64,000 nt of DNA from Cyanophora paradoxa CCMP329. Taxonomy: Eukaryota > Plantae > Glaucophyta. The notes beneath the pieces are model-generated. The model ran no database searches. It worked only from the letters and a program-made list of their open reading frames with translations, and was not told where the DNA came from. The DNA lies in assembly GCA_004431415.1 (NCBI GenBank), contig QPMI01000015.1, positions 1-64,000 of the forward strand, written 5' to 3'. Shown piece by piece: positions 33,698 to 46,762 of this stretch. Position numbers and translations under genes: made by a program. Every line of letters starts with the position of its first letter. Position 1 is the first letter of the stretch.

Positions 33698-34832
33698 TCT
33701 GCAGCTGGTAGGAATGGGTTACTAGGCTAGGCGTCCGCGCCTCGATTCGCCAGCTCTTTCGCATTTCTATGGAACGCCCATCCCGCGCGTCCGGTGTCTA
33801 TACATTTGCAAATTGTTGGATGCGTTCTTAGTAGGCTTACGTAGCTTACAGTTGGACTAACTAGTAATTAGGGATCGTAGTTTGACTACGAGTTGATTAA
33901 CCTAGACTTTTCGGAATTATTTAGGTAGCCTAGACTTCACTGACAGCTGCAGGGAGTCAAATGTCACAGTGTCGGGTATCGGTTGTTTACATTTCTTTTC
34001 ATACTTTCAGGCCGCTGGCAGTCCGCTGCGTCCACGCGGCGGGCCTATCTAATAGAATGCCTAATAGAATTAGTTCTTTTTAAGCCAAGCAGCGAGTGAT
34101 TATGATCATCGGATTGATATCGATAGCGATATCGCATTATATCGTGGCTTTTATTTCGCCGATCATGTTATTGAGTATTACGTATAATGTATTGTTCCGA
34201 TTCTTGGCTTTAGTGCCCCCGGGAGCTCGATCGGGAGGCGGCCGCGAGCCCGATCGCGAGGGAGGCCGCGGGGCCGGGGCTAGCGCTCGGGGGGGGGGTT
34301 GGGGACCTCTAGGCTTTGGCCCGGGGCGCGCGGCGTTGACATTCTAACGTTATGAAACTCTAATTACTTCAAGGCTTAGTTAAGCGTCAAGCGTTACTGG
34401 GTTTAACGTGTGTTGACGTTTTGACATTAATTATGAGCGTTTGATCATTACGTATACGTTCAACGGTTGATGGCCACGGGAGCCCGGGGGACCATGGCCA
34501 GTGGGCGCCTGGCCAGTGGGCGCCTGCCCCGAGGGCGCCCCGCCTCCCACCCCGCCCCACCTCGGAGGCTCCGAGGGCTTCGAATTTGGCGCCGGCGGAT
34601 CTGGAGGCGGCGGCCCGGCTGCAAGGCCCTTGTCCCTTGTCCCTTACGGAAGGGGGCAACCCGCGGCCGCGCGCGGCCGACAGCGGCGTGGGGCGGTCTA
34701 GATCTAGATCTAGATTTAGATCTCCGGGGGCGTGCTGCATGGTGCGGGCGATTAAGATGGACTGGATGCGAGAATGGATTCGAAATTTGTGAGGGATATA
34801 GAATGGATTCGAAATTTGCGAGGGATACATAG

Positions 34833-37800
34833 CTAGGGCCTGGGCGCCGGGGCCGGGGCGCCGGGCTCGGGCCGGCGCCACGCGGAGTATTTCTCGACCG
34901 TCCCCAGCACCTCGTCCTTCCGCACCGGCCTGCCTCCCGGTCGGATCGGAAGAGACGGGGCGGGGGGCCGGGAGGGGGGGGGGTAAGAGGGGGGTACTTG
35001 GCGAGGAGGCCGTCCATGCCGGAGCCGAGGCAGCGCTGCAGGGCCTCCTCCGTTACGTTCGCCGTGAGCGCCTGCGACGAAGTCGGCCGAGGGCTCAGCG
35101 ACTCGGCCGGAGCCGCGCGGCTGCGGCAGCGCGCACGACGATGGCCGAGGGCGGGCCGCCCGTCTTCCCCTCCGCTTCCTGCAGCAGCGCCCGTAGCTAT
35201 CAGCGCCTGGGGCGGGGCGGGGCGGGGCGGGAGGGGCAGCAGGGGCGGGCCAGGCGGCGGATCTCGCGGGTGGCCCCCGTCCCGTTCAGCACCGGCATCT
35301 GGGGGTACAGACGGTGCGCGTAAGGGGCCGGGGTACAGGGATGCGGGTAAGGGTGCGGGGGTACATGTGCACCTCCACGTCCATGAAGATGACGCGGTAG
35401 GGGCACTCCCCCCGCGCCGCCCTGCGCGGCGCGGCGCTCGAGCTCGAGCTCGGGGCGGGGCAGGGCGGGGCGGGGCGGGGCGACATGGGGCGCGCGCCCC
35501 GGGCCCGAGCTGCGCAGACTTCGGATTCTGAACTAGATTAAATGCTGATGTTCGTTTCATGCCATACAGCGGTTCTTGGAATTCTAATTCCGCTATGTAT
35601 CGTCTTCTGCATGTCAGAGAACGGCGGGATGAGGGTCGTGTCGCACCGGGCGCGGACGCGGTCGACGGCCTCGCCTCCGTGGGCCGCCTGGTCGGAGGCG
35701 AGGCCGCCCTTCCTCAGCAGCGAGACGCAGACCTTCCGGCTGCGAGCGGGGGCGGGGATAAGGGTCTGGGGCGCTAGGCTCTAGGCTCGGAGGGGCGCGG
35801 GGTGGAGAGGGCGGGCGGGCGGGGCGGGACGGGGCGGGGCGGGGAGGGCGGTGGGGTGGGGGTGGGGGGGGGGGGGGGGTGGGGGGGGGGAAGAAAGGGT
35901 ATTACTTTAAATCCACGTCGTCGACGACGCTGCGCGGGGGCGTCGGAATCGGCGGCGTCGCGATTGGCCGCAAGCGTAGCGGGCGATAGGGGCAGGAGCG
36001 GGACGCAGGCGCACAGGATTCCCGGCTGCTGTTGCTGCTGCTGCGGCTGCTCGGCAGGAGCCGCCGACGGCGCCGACGGCGCCGCCGCTGCCCCTTGCGG
36101 ATTTGGAGGGGAAGGGGAAGGTTCCGGCGTGGCCCGCGCCGGGGGCGGGCCCGGGGACGGGGGCGGGGCGGGCGCTTCGGGAGGGGCGGAGGCCTCGGTC
36201 GGGGCGGGCGGAGGCGGGGGCGGCGCCGGCGCCGGCTCGGGCGACGCTGCAGGGAACTCGGGCGGCGTCGGCTCTCCAAGGGCCGCGGGCTCCGGCGGGG
36301 CCCCCGCGGCACGCTCCCTATGCGCTCCCTCTGCGGACGGCTCTGCTTCGTACGGGGCGGCGCCGGGCGGGCTTGAGTAGGCCGCCACGGGCGCCGGCGC
36401 CGGGGACGGCGCCAGCGCCGGCGCCGACCGCCCAGCGTCCGGCCGCACTTCGATGACCGCCGCCTCCGGACCCGCCGCCCCACCACCGCCGTCCCCGCCG
36501 CCGCCGCCTCGAGCTTTGGCCCCGGCCCCGCCGCCGTCCCCGCCGCCGCCTCCGCCTCCGCCTCTGGCCTGGCCGCCTCCGCCTCCGCGGCGGCGGCGGC
36601 CTGGGCGAGGGCTTCGAGGGCGCGCTGGAGCGTCGTCACGAACTTGTGGTACCGCACCTGCGCATGCCGCGCCGTAATTATAAGGCGGCGCCCGGCCGGC
36701 CGCGCCGGCGCTGCGCGGCGCGGCGCGGCGCACGGGCTTTGCGAGGGACAGTTCGGCGACGAGTGCGGGGCCGGCCACCGCCGCCGCCGCCGGCAGCGCC
36801 GCTGGCGCGGCGACGGCGCACTCCAGCGGGCCCGGGGCCTCTGTCGCGCACTCGCAGGCCGAGGGGCGGCGGTCGGCCAAGCGGCGGCGGTGCGCGCGCT
36901 CGGAGCGCGGCAGGGGCGCCTCCAGGCAGACGAGGGCCGCGGCGGCCGAGGCGGCGGCGTCGGCGGCCGGCCGGCACTGCACCGACTCGTCGAGCACGAG
37001 GAGGGCGAGCGGCGGGCGCTGGGCCGCGGGCTCGACGTCGGGCGGCGGCTCGTCGGGGCGGCGGGCGGCCGAGGCGGGGCGGGGCCAGCCGGCGGAGCGC
37101 GCGTACTCGAGGAGGATGGCGGAGATCTCGGGGTCCGGGTGGACGATCCAGAGCGGGGGGTACGCGGCGAGGGCGGCCGGGAGGGCGAGGCGGGGCGGGT
37201 AGAGGGGCGCCGGATCGTTCATGTGGCGGCGCGGGGGCAGCGTGGCGAGCGACGGCGCGTCCTCCAGCCGCGCCGCCGCCGGGCCCGGCGTCACTTCGAC
37301 CTCCTCCTCCATCCTCTCCTTCCCCTCCTCCGCCTTTTTCTCTTCCTCCCAGCACTCGCCGATCAAGCGCAGCGGCACCTGCGGGCCGGCCGCAGTTCGG
37401 GCCGGGCTGGGCCGGGCCGGGCCGGGCCGGGAAGGAGGGGCGGGCTAGCGCTAGCGCTAGCGCTAGCGCTGGCTCTGGCTCTGGCGCGGGCCCAGGGCGG
37501 GCGGGCGGGCGGGCCTCGACGACGAAAGTGGAGCCGACGCCGGGGGCCGACTCGACGGATATGGTGCCGCCCATCAGCTCCGCCAGGCGCTTCGAGATGG
37601 GCAGGCCCATCCCCGTGCCCCCGTACAGCCGCGTCACGCTCTGGTCCGCCTGCCCCGCGCGATCGTGAGGGGAGGGGCGGAATGCGCCGGGGGGGGGGGG
37701 GGGGGGGTACGCGCGCGCCTGGACGTAGTCCTGCCAGATGCGGTCGATGCCCGCCGGGTCGATTCCCAGCCCCGTGTCCGTGACCTGGACGCGTGTTAGG

Positions 37801-40800
37801 GGCGGGTGGATGCATATGGGATTAAGCGGGCCCGGGGCGGGGTGGGGAGGGGGGCACGTCGATGTGGAGGCGCGTGTATACGCGTACGAGTGCGGTCTCG
37901 GGCCCCGCGGGGAGCACCTCGCAGGCCACAATCACGTGGCCCTTGCGCGTGAACTATTTCGGCGGCGGGGATACGTTAGGGTGCCCGGGGGTACGTGGGC
38001 ACGGGGGGCGGCGCGCCTTGATCCCGTTGTACGCGAGGTTCATGATGATCTGGCGGCGGGTCGGCGGAGCGGGCCGGGGAGGGCGGCCGGAAGGGCAGGG
38101 AGGGCGGGGGCGGGGCGGCGGCGGGGCGAAGGAAAATCGAGGCCCGGCACCTGCCTGCGGGCGGGGAATGGGGGAGCCGGCGCCGGTCAGGCGGGGCGGG
38201 GCGCATCGGACTGGGGCGCGCGGGGAGGGGCGCTAGCTAAAGCTATATATATAACGCCCGCTCACTTGAGGCGGCATGGGTCGCCGACGAGGCGCGGGCA
38301 GCGCTCGCCCTCCAGCGGCGGGGGGATGAAGCACGCGAGCTCAATGCCCTGCGGGCGCGGCGGGGGCGGCGGGGGCGGGGTCGGGGGCGGGGTCCGACGG
38401 TGAGGCGACGTGGCACTGTAAGCTCAAGCGTGAAGGAAGAGAGGGGAGCGGGCCTTGGAAAAAGCAGTCGGGGCCACGACCTGTAGTCGGACAAGTTCAT
38501 GGGGGGCCGGGGTGGGCGGGGGGGAACGGAGGCCTAAGAGGGGGGGGAGGGGGAGGGGGGTACGGCGCGCCTCGAGGAGCTCCTCGAGGACGGGGCGGAG
38601 GTCGAAGGGGACGGCCTCCAGCTCCACCTTTGGCGAGAAGGTCAGAAGGGCGGCGGGGCGGGGCGGATCCGGTCCGGAGAGCTCATGATCAGCACTAGCT
38701 AGCTTGTTTCCGAGTTAGGCGGCGGCCGTTCCCTCTAGCCCTTTAGCCGACCCATCTAGCCTTCTAGCCGACCACTCTAGCCCTCAAGCCAAACCCTCGA
38801 GCCCTCGAGCCGTACCTTGCCCGCCTCGATCTTGTGCAGGTCCAGCAAGTCTGGAGGGGGAGGGGGGCAGAGAGATTCAGGTGAGGAAGTGGGGGAAAGG
38901 GAAAGGGGAGGGCGGAGCGAGGACGCGCCGTTGACGATGACGAGCATCTGAGCGGGAGTGGGAGGGGCGCGTGCGTGAGGGCCCCCTATAGAGAGATAGC
39001 TTAAGGCGGCTTATGATTAGGTGGGACGGTAGAGTTTGAGACTAGGCGGGCCCGGGGCGGGGTGGGCAGCCCGCGGTGAAGTGGTCGGGCGGGCCGGCCA
39101 TCTCTCCGCCCTCTATCCGGATCTGCCGCCCCGCCCACCCCGCGCCGGCCCCGCCCGTCGGACCTGCTCGGAGCAGGTGTGGATGGCGTGGGCGAGGTCG
39201 CGCTGCTCCTCGTCCAGCGAAGTCTCCCCCAGCAGCTCCCCCAGCCCCAGCACCCCGTTCTGAAAGGGGCGAGGGACGGCGCCGGTCGGTCAGAATGGAA
39301 TCGTAAGAATGACGGGGGCGGGGCAGCACCAGGGGCGTGCGGAGCTCGTGGATCGTGTAGGCCTGCGGACCCCGGCGGCGGCCCCGGGACGTCAGCGGGC
39401 GGGGCGCCGGCGCCGGGGATGCTTATATGAAGGAGGTTACTTACTGATTGGAGGTTACTGATTGGAGGTTTTAGCCTTTTAGCTCAAGTTCATTGAAGCT
39501 TAGGGTGCAGCGCACGAGGAACCTCATCTAGGCGTAGGGTGCGGCGCACGGGTGAAGTTAAATTAGGCTAGGCTAGGCTAACTTGAACTGGCCTTGGTCT
39601 CGTGGTCTTAAAGGCTAGGCTTATCGAGGCCTCAAGTTCTCTGAAGCTTCTATATAATTAGCGTGGCCGTGGGGCGCACGAGGAAGCGGGCCTTGGTCTC
39701 GTTGATCGCCTCGGCCTCGATGCGCCGCCGCTTCTCCGTCATGTCCTGCGCGGGGGCGTGACGGGCGAGAGGGGCGGCCAGGCCAAGGGCGGGAAAGAAG
39801 GGCCGAAAGTACAGTCTTGGATGGTCAGACGGCGAGAGCAAGCGAGAGCTGGAGGCTCGGGCGGAAGGCCTAAACATATATAAGGAGCCTGGGAGAGCTC
39901 TCGGAAGATTATACGTATACGGTTGGATAGCTATCTTGGAAGAAAGGAGATAGCGAATCGAAGGCCTAGGGATCCTGACCTGATCGAGCTCCCGGATTAT
40001 TAAATGCGAGATTACATAGATAAAAGTACCTGCTCCGGGCTCCCCGATCGGGCTCCGGGAAGATCATTATAAGATCATTGGGGCTCTAATGGAGCTCTCC
40101 GAAGATTGCTTATAAGAATATGTATGATTACCTGCCCGATGGCGACGGCTCCGACGACGGCGCCGCGGGCGTCGCGGCGGGGCGTGGCGGAGAGCAGCAG
40201 GCGGATGTCGCCGCCGCCGGCCTGCGGGGTGCGAGAGAAAGATGTCGGCGGGCTGAAGGCACGAGCGAGCGAGAAGGGCGGCGGAGCCAGCGGGCGGGCG
40301 GCGGGCGGGAGGGCGAGAGCGCCGGGCGCCTGGCCATAGGCGGACCTGCGGGACGCGGAGACAGAGTTCGACGGGGTCGGCCCCCGGCCCCGCCCCCGCC
40401 CCCGACCCTGCCGCCGCCCCACCCGCCGCCTCCTCGCCCCCGCGCAGCGCGCGGGAGAAGAGCGCCTCGGCGGCCGTCCGGTCCTCGGGGGCCACCAGCT
40501 CGAGGAGCCCCCGCCCCAGCATCCGCTCTGTGCGCGCGCACCGGAGATTGTATAATTATTCCGTTGTTTGCGAGCGAGTTGTTTGCTAGGCCTAGGATCA
40601 GCTGAGGTGGCGAGCTTAGGGAAGACTTGGCGCGGACCCGCCCGCTATTAGCAAGCGAACCGTTCCAAATATTAAAGGCTTATAATTATGCTTGTTGAGA
40701 GTGATCTGGAGCTCGGCTCAGGCAAGCTAAGAAATCGAGGCGCTCGCTCGATCGCGAGCGCTCGAGCGCGCAGGGGATGCAGGTGAAAGCTTAAGCTTAT

Positions 40801-43800
40801 AAATTATATACTTGTGCTTGTTAAGTTAAGAGCGAGCTGAAGCTCGGCTCAGGCGAGCTAATCAATCGAGGCGCTCGCTCGGATGCCGGTGAGGCAGCTC
40901 GCCCTCGGGAACGCCTCGAGCGCGAGTGAAAGCGGGAGGGGAGGATCGCTCGCCCTCGGGGATGCCGGTGAGGCGGGCGGCGGCCCAGTTCCAGCCGGCA
41001 ACGCGGAGCTCCCGGTCCACGATGAAGATCGGCGCCCCCGCTGCGCCCCCGCCGCCTCATGATCAGAGGCGACGTGGGGGGTCGCTATGTAGCTTGAAGT
41101 CCCCGGCTGCAGCTATATATATTGCTCCCTCGATCTAATCTAGATCTGGAAGATGGGACCCTTGCAGGCAGGCGATGGGATGCACGTGGGCGCGGGCGCG
41201 GGGCGGTCTAGGCGGTCTAGATCGCAAGCTTAAGCTTCGGGGGGCGCGCCGGTCTCGAGGATGCGCTTCATGTCCTCGCTGGCGACGCGCGCCCGCCGCT
41301 CGCTCTCCACCAGCGCCAGCTCCATCGTCTGCGCGCCGAGGGGCGTCGGACGCGTCGGACCGGGCGGAGCGTCCTAGGTCTAGGTCGAGGGGGGTCGGCC
41401 GGGGGCGGACCTTCCGCTGTGAGATGTCCCGCACGACCAGCACGAGCTGCGCGGGCCGCGAATCGCGGGGATCATGATCGGGGCGGGCGGCGGCGGCAAG
41501 GCAAACCGTCAACGGTCTAAGGTGCTAGGGGCTCCGGATCCGGGCGGGCGGGCGGGCGGGGCGGGCGGGGCGGGGCGGGGCGGGGCGGGGCGGGCGCGCC
41601 AGGGAGCTCGCTTCGCCGTCGTACTGCATGCGCCCGACGGAGACCTCGACGGGGAAGCGGCGGGCGGCCCCCGCGCCCGGCACCCGCAGCGCCTCCGTCT
41701 CCACCACCGCGAGGCCCCCGCGCCCGGCCCCCGCCAGGAACCCCGACACGGCCGCCTCGTGCTGCGCGCCGCGGAGAATAAATTAGAAGGCGACTCGCTC
41801 ATTCCGAGTGGGTCTATAGCTAGGTACATAAATACGTATCTTTTACTTGATTGTCGCTCTTAAGATCTATAAGATCTGACATGGCCGCCTCATGCTGCAG
41901 GCCGCGGAGAATTTAAAGCGGCTCAGTCGAATCCAAATTTTAATTTAGAGGAGCTAGTGGGTCTAGGTAGATGGATAGAAAGCTATATGTTACTCTGTTG
42001 TAGCTCTTAAGAGGAGCGAGTGAGCCGCGGGGAGGTGCCGGGAAGGGCGGGGCGGGGCGGGGCGGGGCGGGGCGGGGCAGGCGCGCGCCTCCGGGGCGAA
42101 GTACTCGAGGACAGAGACGCCGGGGGCGGGCGCGGGCGCGGGGCCGGGTCCCATGCCGAACATGGCGCGGGCGCTCCCGTTCATGTGCGCCACGTAGCCG
42201 TCGGGCCGGACAACGAGGAGGGCGTCCGAGATGCAGCCCATGATCTGCGCGAGGAGGAATCGTGAGGCAAGGGGCCGGGCCGCTGGGCTCGAAGCGAACT
42301 CGATCTATAAAACGTTCGGCTTTCTTCAGAATTGCAGCCCATGTTCTGAGTACTAGTTCTGAGTACTAGTGAGGAGGGATCGATATCGCGAGGCTAGCTA
42401 TAGGGGCCACTGGCCATGGGCGCAATCCGAACTCGACCCGTATGTCAGGCTCTTTTTCCTCAAATTATAGTCGTAAGCCCTGTAGATCTCCTATTCTTGA
42501 GGCTTCGAATGCTAGATAGCTGGCGGCGCGGGCTGGGGCGGGGCGGGGCGGGGCGAACCCGGATCGCCTGCTTCATCTTTGCGAAGGCCTCTCCAACCTG
42601 CGAGGCCGGCGCCGGTCGGCCGTAATAATGAGCCGCGGCGGTCGACGACGTTGGGGCGGGGCCCGACGCCAACGTTAACGAACGGCGGCACGCTTGCCTG
42701 GTCCAGCTCTTTAATGGAGGACGTTGGCCGCCGGCTGCTCCCGCCCGATCCCTCCCCAAGCTCCCGCGGCGGCGGCGGCGGCGGCGGCGGCGGGATCGGC
42801 GGGGCGGATTCGATGTCGCGGGTGGCCATATGCATGGGAAGCGAGGGGCGCCGGAGGGAGGGCGGCAGGTCGGAGGACGTGGAGAGGAGGACGGTCGGGG
42901 CGGGCTCGTCGCGGTCGCGATCGCGATCGATGTCGGGTCCTGCAGGGTACGTATACGATCGCGAGTTGGAGGGCGGCGATGAGGGTGCCGATGCCCGGCG
43001 GCTGAGCTGCGGTCGGGGGCCCGCAGGGGCGGGCGCTGCGCGTGCGCCGCGGCCGGGGGCCACGGGCTCTTCAGATTCGCCCCCCGCCACGAAGCCGAGG
43101 CGACGCCCGGGTCCGAAGCCGGCACCCCACCTGCGGCGGACCGGTACCGGTGGGCGGCGGCGGCGGCGGCGGCATTCGTGAGAAGGGCGGGGCGCGCGGC
43201 TCGGGGGGCGGAGCGTGCGGGTCGGAGAGGTCGAAGAAGGCGATGCGGTCGAGCTCGGCGCGGAAGCGCCGCATCGCCCGCCACACCTGCCGCGGCGCGG
43301 CGCGCGCGGTCGGCCGCGCGCCAGGGCGAATGGGTGGGTGGGTGAGGGCGGTTTCGGATCCCGCGAAGCTTCAGACCTGTTGAGCGCGCGGTCGGCCGCG
43401 GGCCGGAGCGATCGCGAGTGAGCGAGTGAGCGAGCGAGTGAGTGGGTGGGTGGGTGGGTGAGTGAGGGCGGCTTCGGATCCCGCTCGAAGCTAGTAGGTG
43501 CGGAGCCGAGGCCAGCTGCAGGGCAGGGCGCGGGCACCTCGAATATGACGAAGGCGCTCAGCAGGAGCGCCGCGCCGCAGGAGACGCCCGAGACGACGGC
43601 GTTCGCCAGCGTCAGCTGCCGCACGTTCCCCACGATGTCTGCGAGTTCGAGCGTCAGATTCTGCACCTCGACGCTTGCATTAAGACCCTAGATCTATATC
43701 TTGACTAGTCCCATCTAGATCCGGATCCTAGATCTCGATCTTGACTGCTTTCTCTATATATAGCTACGATGTCTGCGCGGGCGCGCGCCCGGTTGCAAGC

Positions 43801-46381
43801 TTAAGCGCCAGACTCTAGATCTAGATCTAGACCTCGACCTAAATATCCGGATCCGGATGCGCGCCGCAAATTCAAAGCAAGAAATAGAACGGGTCATGCC
43901 TCTCTCGGGGGCGGCGACGGCGACGAGGAGGCTCAGGGCGAGCGTGTCGTTGGCGCTGCCCATGACTTCGAGCCACCGCCCCACGAACGCCCCCTTCCCC
44001 ACCTTGAAACTCAGCGACTGCTCGTGGTCACGATCGATCAGTGACTCGGAGATCTAGATGGATATCGATGCTCAGCAGATCTAGAGTCGCGCGGTCTAGA
44101 GGGCGGGGCGGGGCGGGGCAGGGCACGCGCGATATATATCGACGCGCGGACGGGTCTATGGCGCCTCGGCCTAGCCTTCGGCCCCGCTCTGTCTAGATTT
44201 AGATGGCGGGGCGGGGCGGGGCGGGGCGGGGCGGGGCGGGTCTTGCGCACGTGCTCGTCGCCCAACCTGTACATGTCTTGGAGGTCTGCGGGGACGAGGC
44301 TGGCGCTGGAGTTGGCGCTCCGCATGCCGTGATCATGTAGCTTCACGACGTCCTCGGGGAGGGAAGAGAGCAGGGCCCGCAGCTCGGGGTCCGGCAGCTC
44401 GGCCGTCGGGACCCACTCGTTGCTGACGCCCTGGCCCGGAACCAGCGGGGCGGGGCGCGTCAGGATCTCGGGTTTCTGTCGAGGGCACCGGCATCAGCCG
44501 CAGCCGCAGCTGCAGAGGGCCGGCCCGTCGACGTCCCGCCCCGCCCCGCGCACCCGCCAACCGACGGCGCGGCGGGTCCCAAACGTATCGCCGGCCACTA
44601 TGGCCGTGAAACCTGCGCGGGCGGACGCCGGGACGGACGGACGGCCGCTCGCTAAAGCGGCGGAATACGAAGGCAGAGGGCCCGCCCATGCCGCAGCCGG
44701 CGGGGCGTGGGCCGGGGCCTGCAGACCGTTCTCGGCGACTCGGATGGATGCGAGGTAATGAGAGATGCCAGCGGACTCCAGCCCGATCGTGATCTGTGCA
44801 CGCCCACCACCCTCGGCCCCGTCAGAGGGCAGAGCTTCACGTCAAGCGTAAGAAAAAGGCGCGGTGCCGGGGAGCGCGCGCGCGCCACGGCTTTCAGGCC
44901 ATCGCTGCTGCCGTTGACGCCGGCTGGCCGCTGGCCTAGGCCTTGGCCATGGTGATTGGAGAGCGGGACCGCGCCCAGTATGCCCAAGGGGCGGGGCCCG
45001 CGGCCGCCGCCCCCGTCGACGTCGTAATTGTAGATCGGCGTGGCCAAGCTGAAACCGCTGCGGCCGAAAACGAAGCGGATGGCGGGAGTCCAGATGGGCG
45101 CGCCGCTGGCGACTGCGCTCTTGTAGAAGGGTCGCGTCCTGATGTCGTACGAGCTGTTCCGCACGACTTCGTAGACGGAGAGCGCGCCCGTCGCCCGGTC
45201 GACGTACGAAATGATGCGGTCCGTCACCTGATCATGAGAAACAAACCGAGCTTTGAGAAACAAGGCCGCGCGCGATCGATATCGCGAGGGCGCCGGCGGC
45301 GCGCGCATCTCAGCGACGTCGACGCACCTGGGAGCCGGCGGCAGCGGAGGCCGTCGCGTTGATGCGCTCCTCCACGACGCTGATTGCAACGGGACGTCAT
45401 GATCAGCTGCAGCTGCAGCCAGCAATGGAGGCAAAGGCGCCAGCGAGCGGGCGCGCGCGGGCGCGGGTGCGAGATCTAGAGGGGGCCGCGCGCGCCTGAT
45501 CGGGAGGAGGGCTTCCGGATGCGCCCCCACGAAATCCGGCGCCTCGCGCTTCACCGCCACGCCCTCGCGGTTGGGGAGACCCAGGCTGAAGTACTCGAAG
45601 GCTTCGAAGCCAGGGGCGAGCAGCTCGGCCAGGAACATTGTTGATATCGCCGGGAAGTCTGCGGAGGTGATGCTTTCCTGGTCGCCGAATGTGTCGCGGA
45701 CGCGTGTGCTGACCCTTCGCAACGATGAAGCGCGCGGCCGTGCGTATACGCGTTAGCCAGGGCCGGCGCCGCGATCTCTTCGGGTATACGTGCGCACCGC
45801 GCAGCAGTGCCTTGCGTCACATTGATAAGCAGCCCAACGTGTTCCTCCAGGCTGTGCGCGATCTGGTCGAGAAAGTAGGAGGACAGGCGCTCGGCACTTC
45901 GCTCCGCGTAGTAACTCGAAACGATCGTAATGATCTGCGCGGAAAGGGGTCGTAAATTAAAGAAAGGGGCGAGAACAAAAAAATGCGCGCGCGCTGGCCA
46001 TGGCCATGCACATGGCCAGGCCGCTCCGGGACCGAATCTAGAGCGCGCGGAGGCGCGAAAGACACAGCGCGGCGCTCTAAATACATCCCAGAACCTAACG
46101 GAGCGCATACGGGAAGCCTGAGCTCGAGGCGATTGCGATCGCACAAGAGCTCGCGCTCGAGAGCGCCCCAGGCCTGGGCAGGCGCCAACGCGCACCACGG
46201 TCGAAGAAATGAGCAAGAAGAGCAGAACTGAGCATGCGTCCAAGCGAACGTCAGGCGGAATCGCGGCGGCGCGACCGAATGCGCGCGTGCGCAGGGGACG
46301 CGCACCGGGGAAGATGACGGAGATCAAGCCAAAGCGGACTTTCTTTCCCCGCAGACGTCGCATGCAGCTTGGGATTCGCAT
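34833..46381 (-). CDS. Hybrid sensor histidine kinase: TM-Cache-TM-HAMP-PAS-PAS-HisKA-HATPase-REC, spliced
   Basis: Cache [13 protein letters not shown]; [18 protein letters not shown] and [17 protein letters not shown]; H-box TIHELR; N-box [11 protein letters not shown]; VTDTGLGI; [20 protein letters not shown]; receiver VVDDV..IFMDVE-MP..LTAN..AK. Confidence 0.93.
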
Positions 46382-46762
46382 CTTAGCCCGCCGTGCGTTT
46401 GATTGGGGTTGAGGATCCGAAATGCGGGGGAATTCGAAGGGAATCTCGGAGGGGAGGGGAGGAATGCGAGCTCGAAGGAAATTCGAAAGGGGGTTAATAT
46501 TAATATGCCCAGGTTCGATTTGCATGAGGGGGCTGGGGAATTGAGGGAATAAACGAGATTGAGGGGAGAACTCGAATTGCCCTCCGCCCTGCCCTCCGCG
46601 GCTGCGCATGCGTTGGAGAGGGATGCGGAGGTATCGATGGACCTGCCCCTGCCGCCGCGGCTCAAGTCATGATCTATAGCTAGACCCGCAATAGTTTTAC
46701 ATAGATATCTAGATTTGCAGCGGCCAAGAAACGGCGCCGGCAGCTGAAACTCGAATTCAAGA

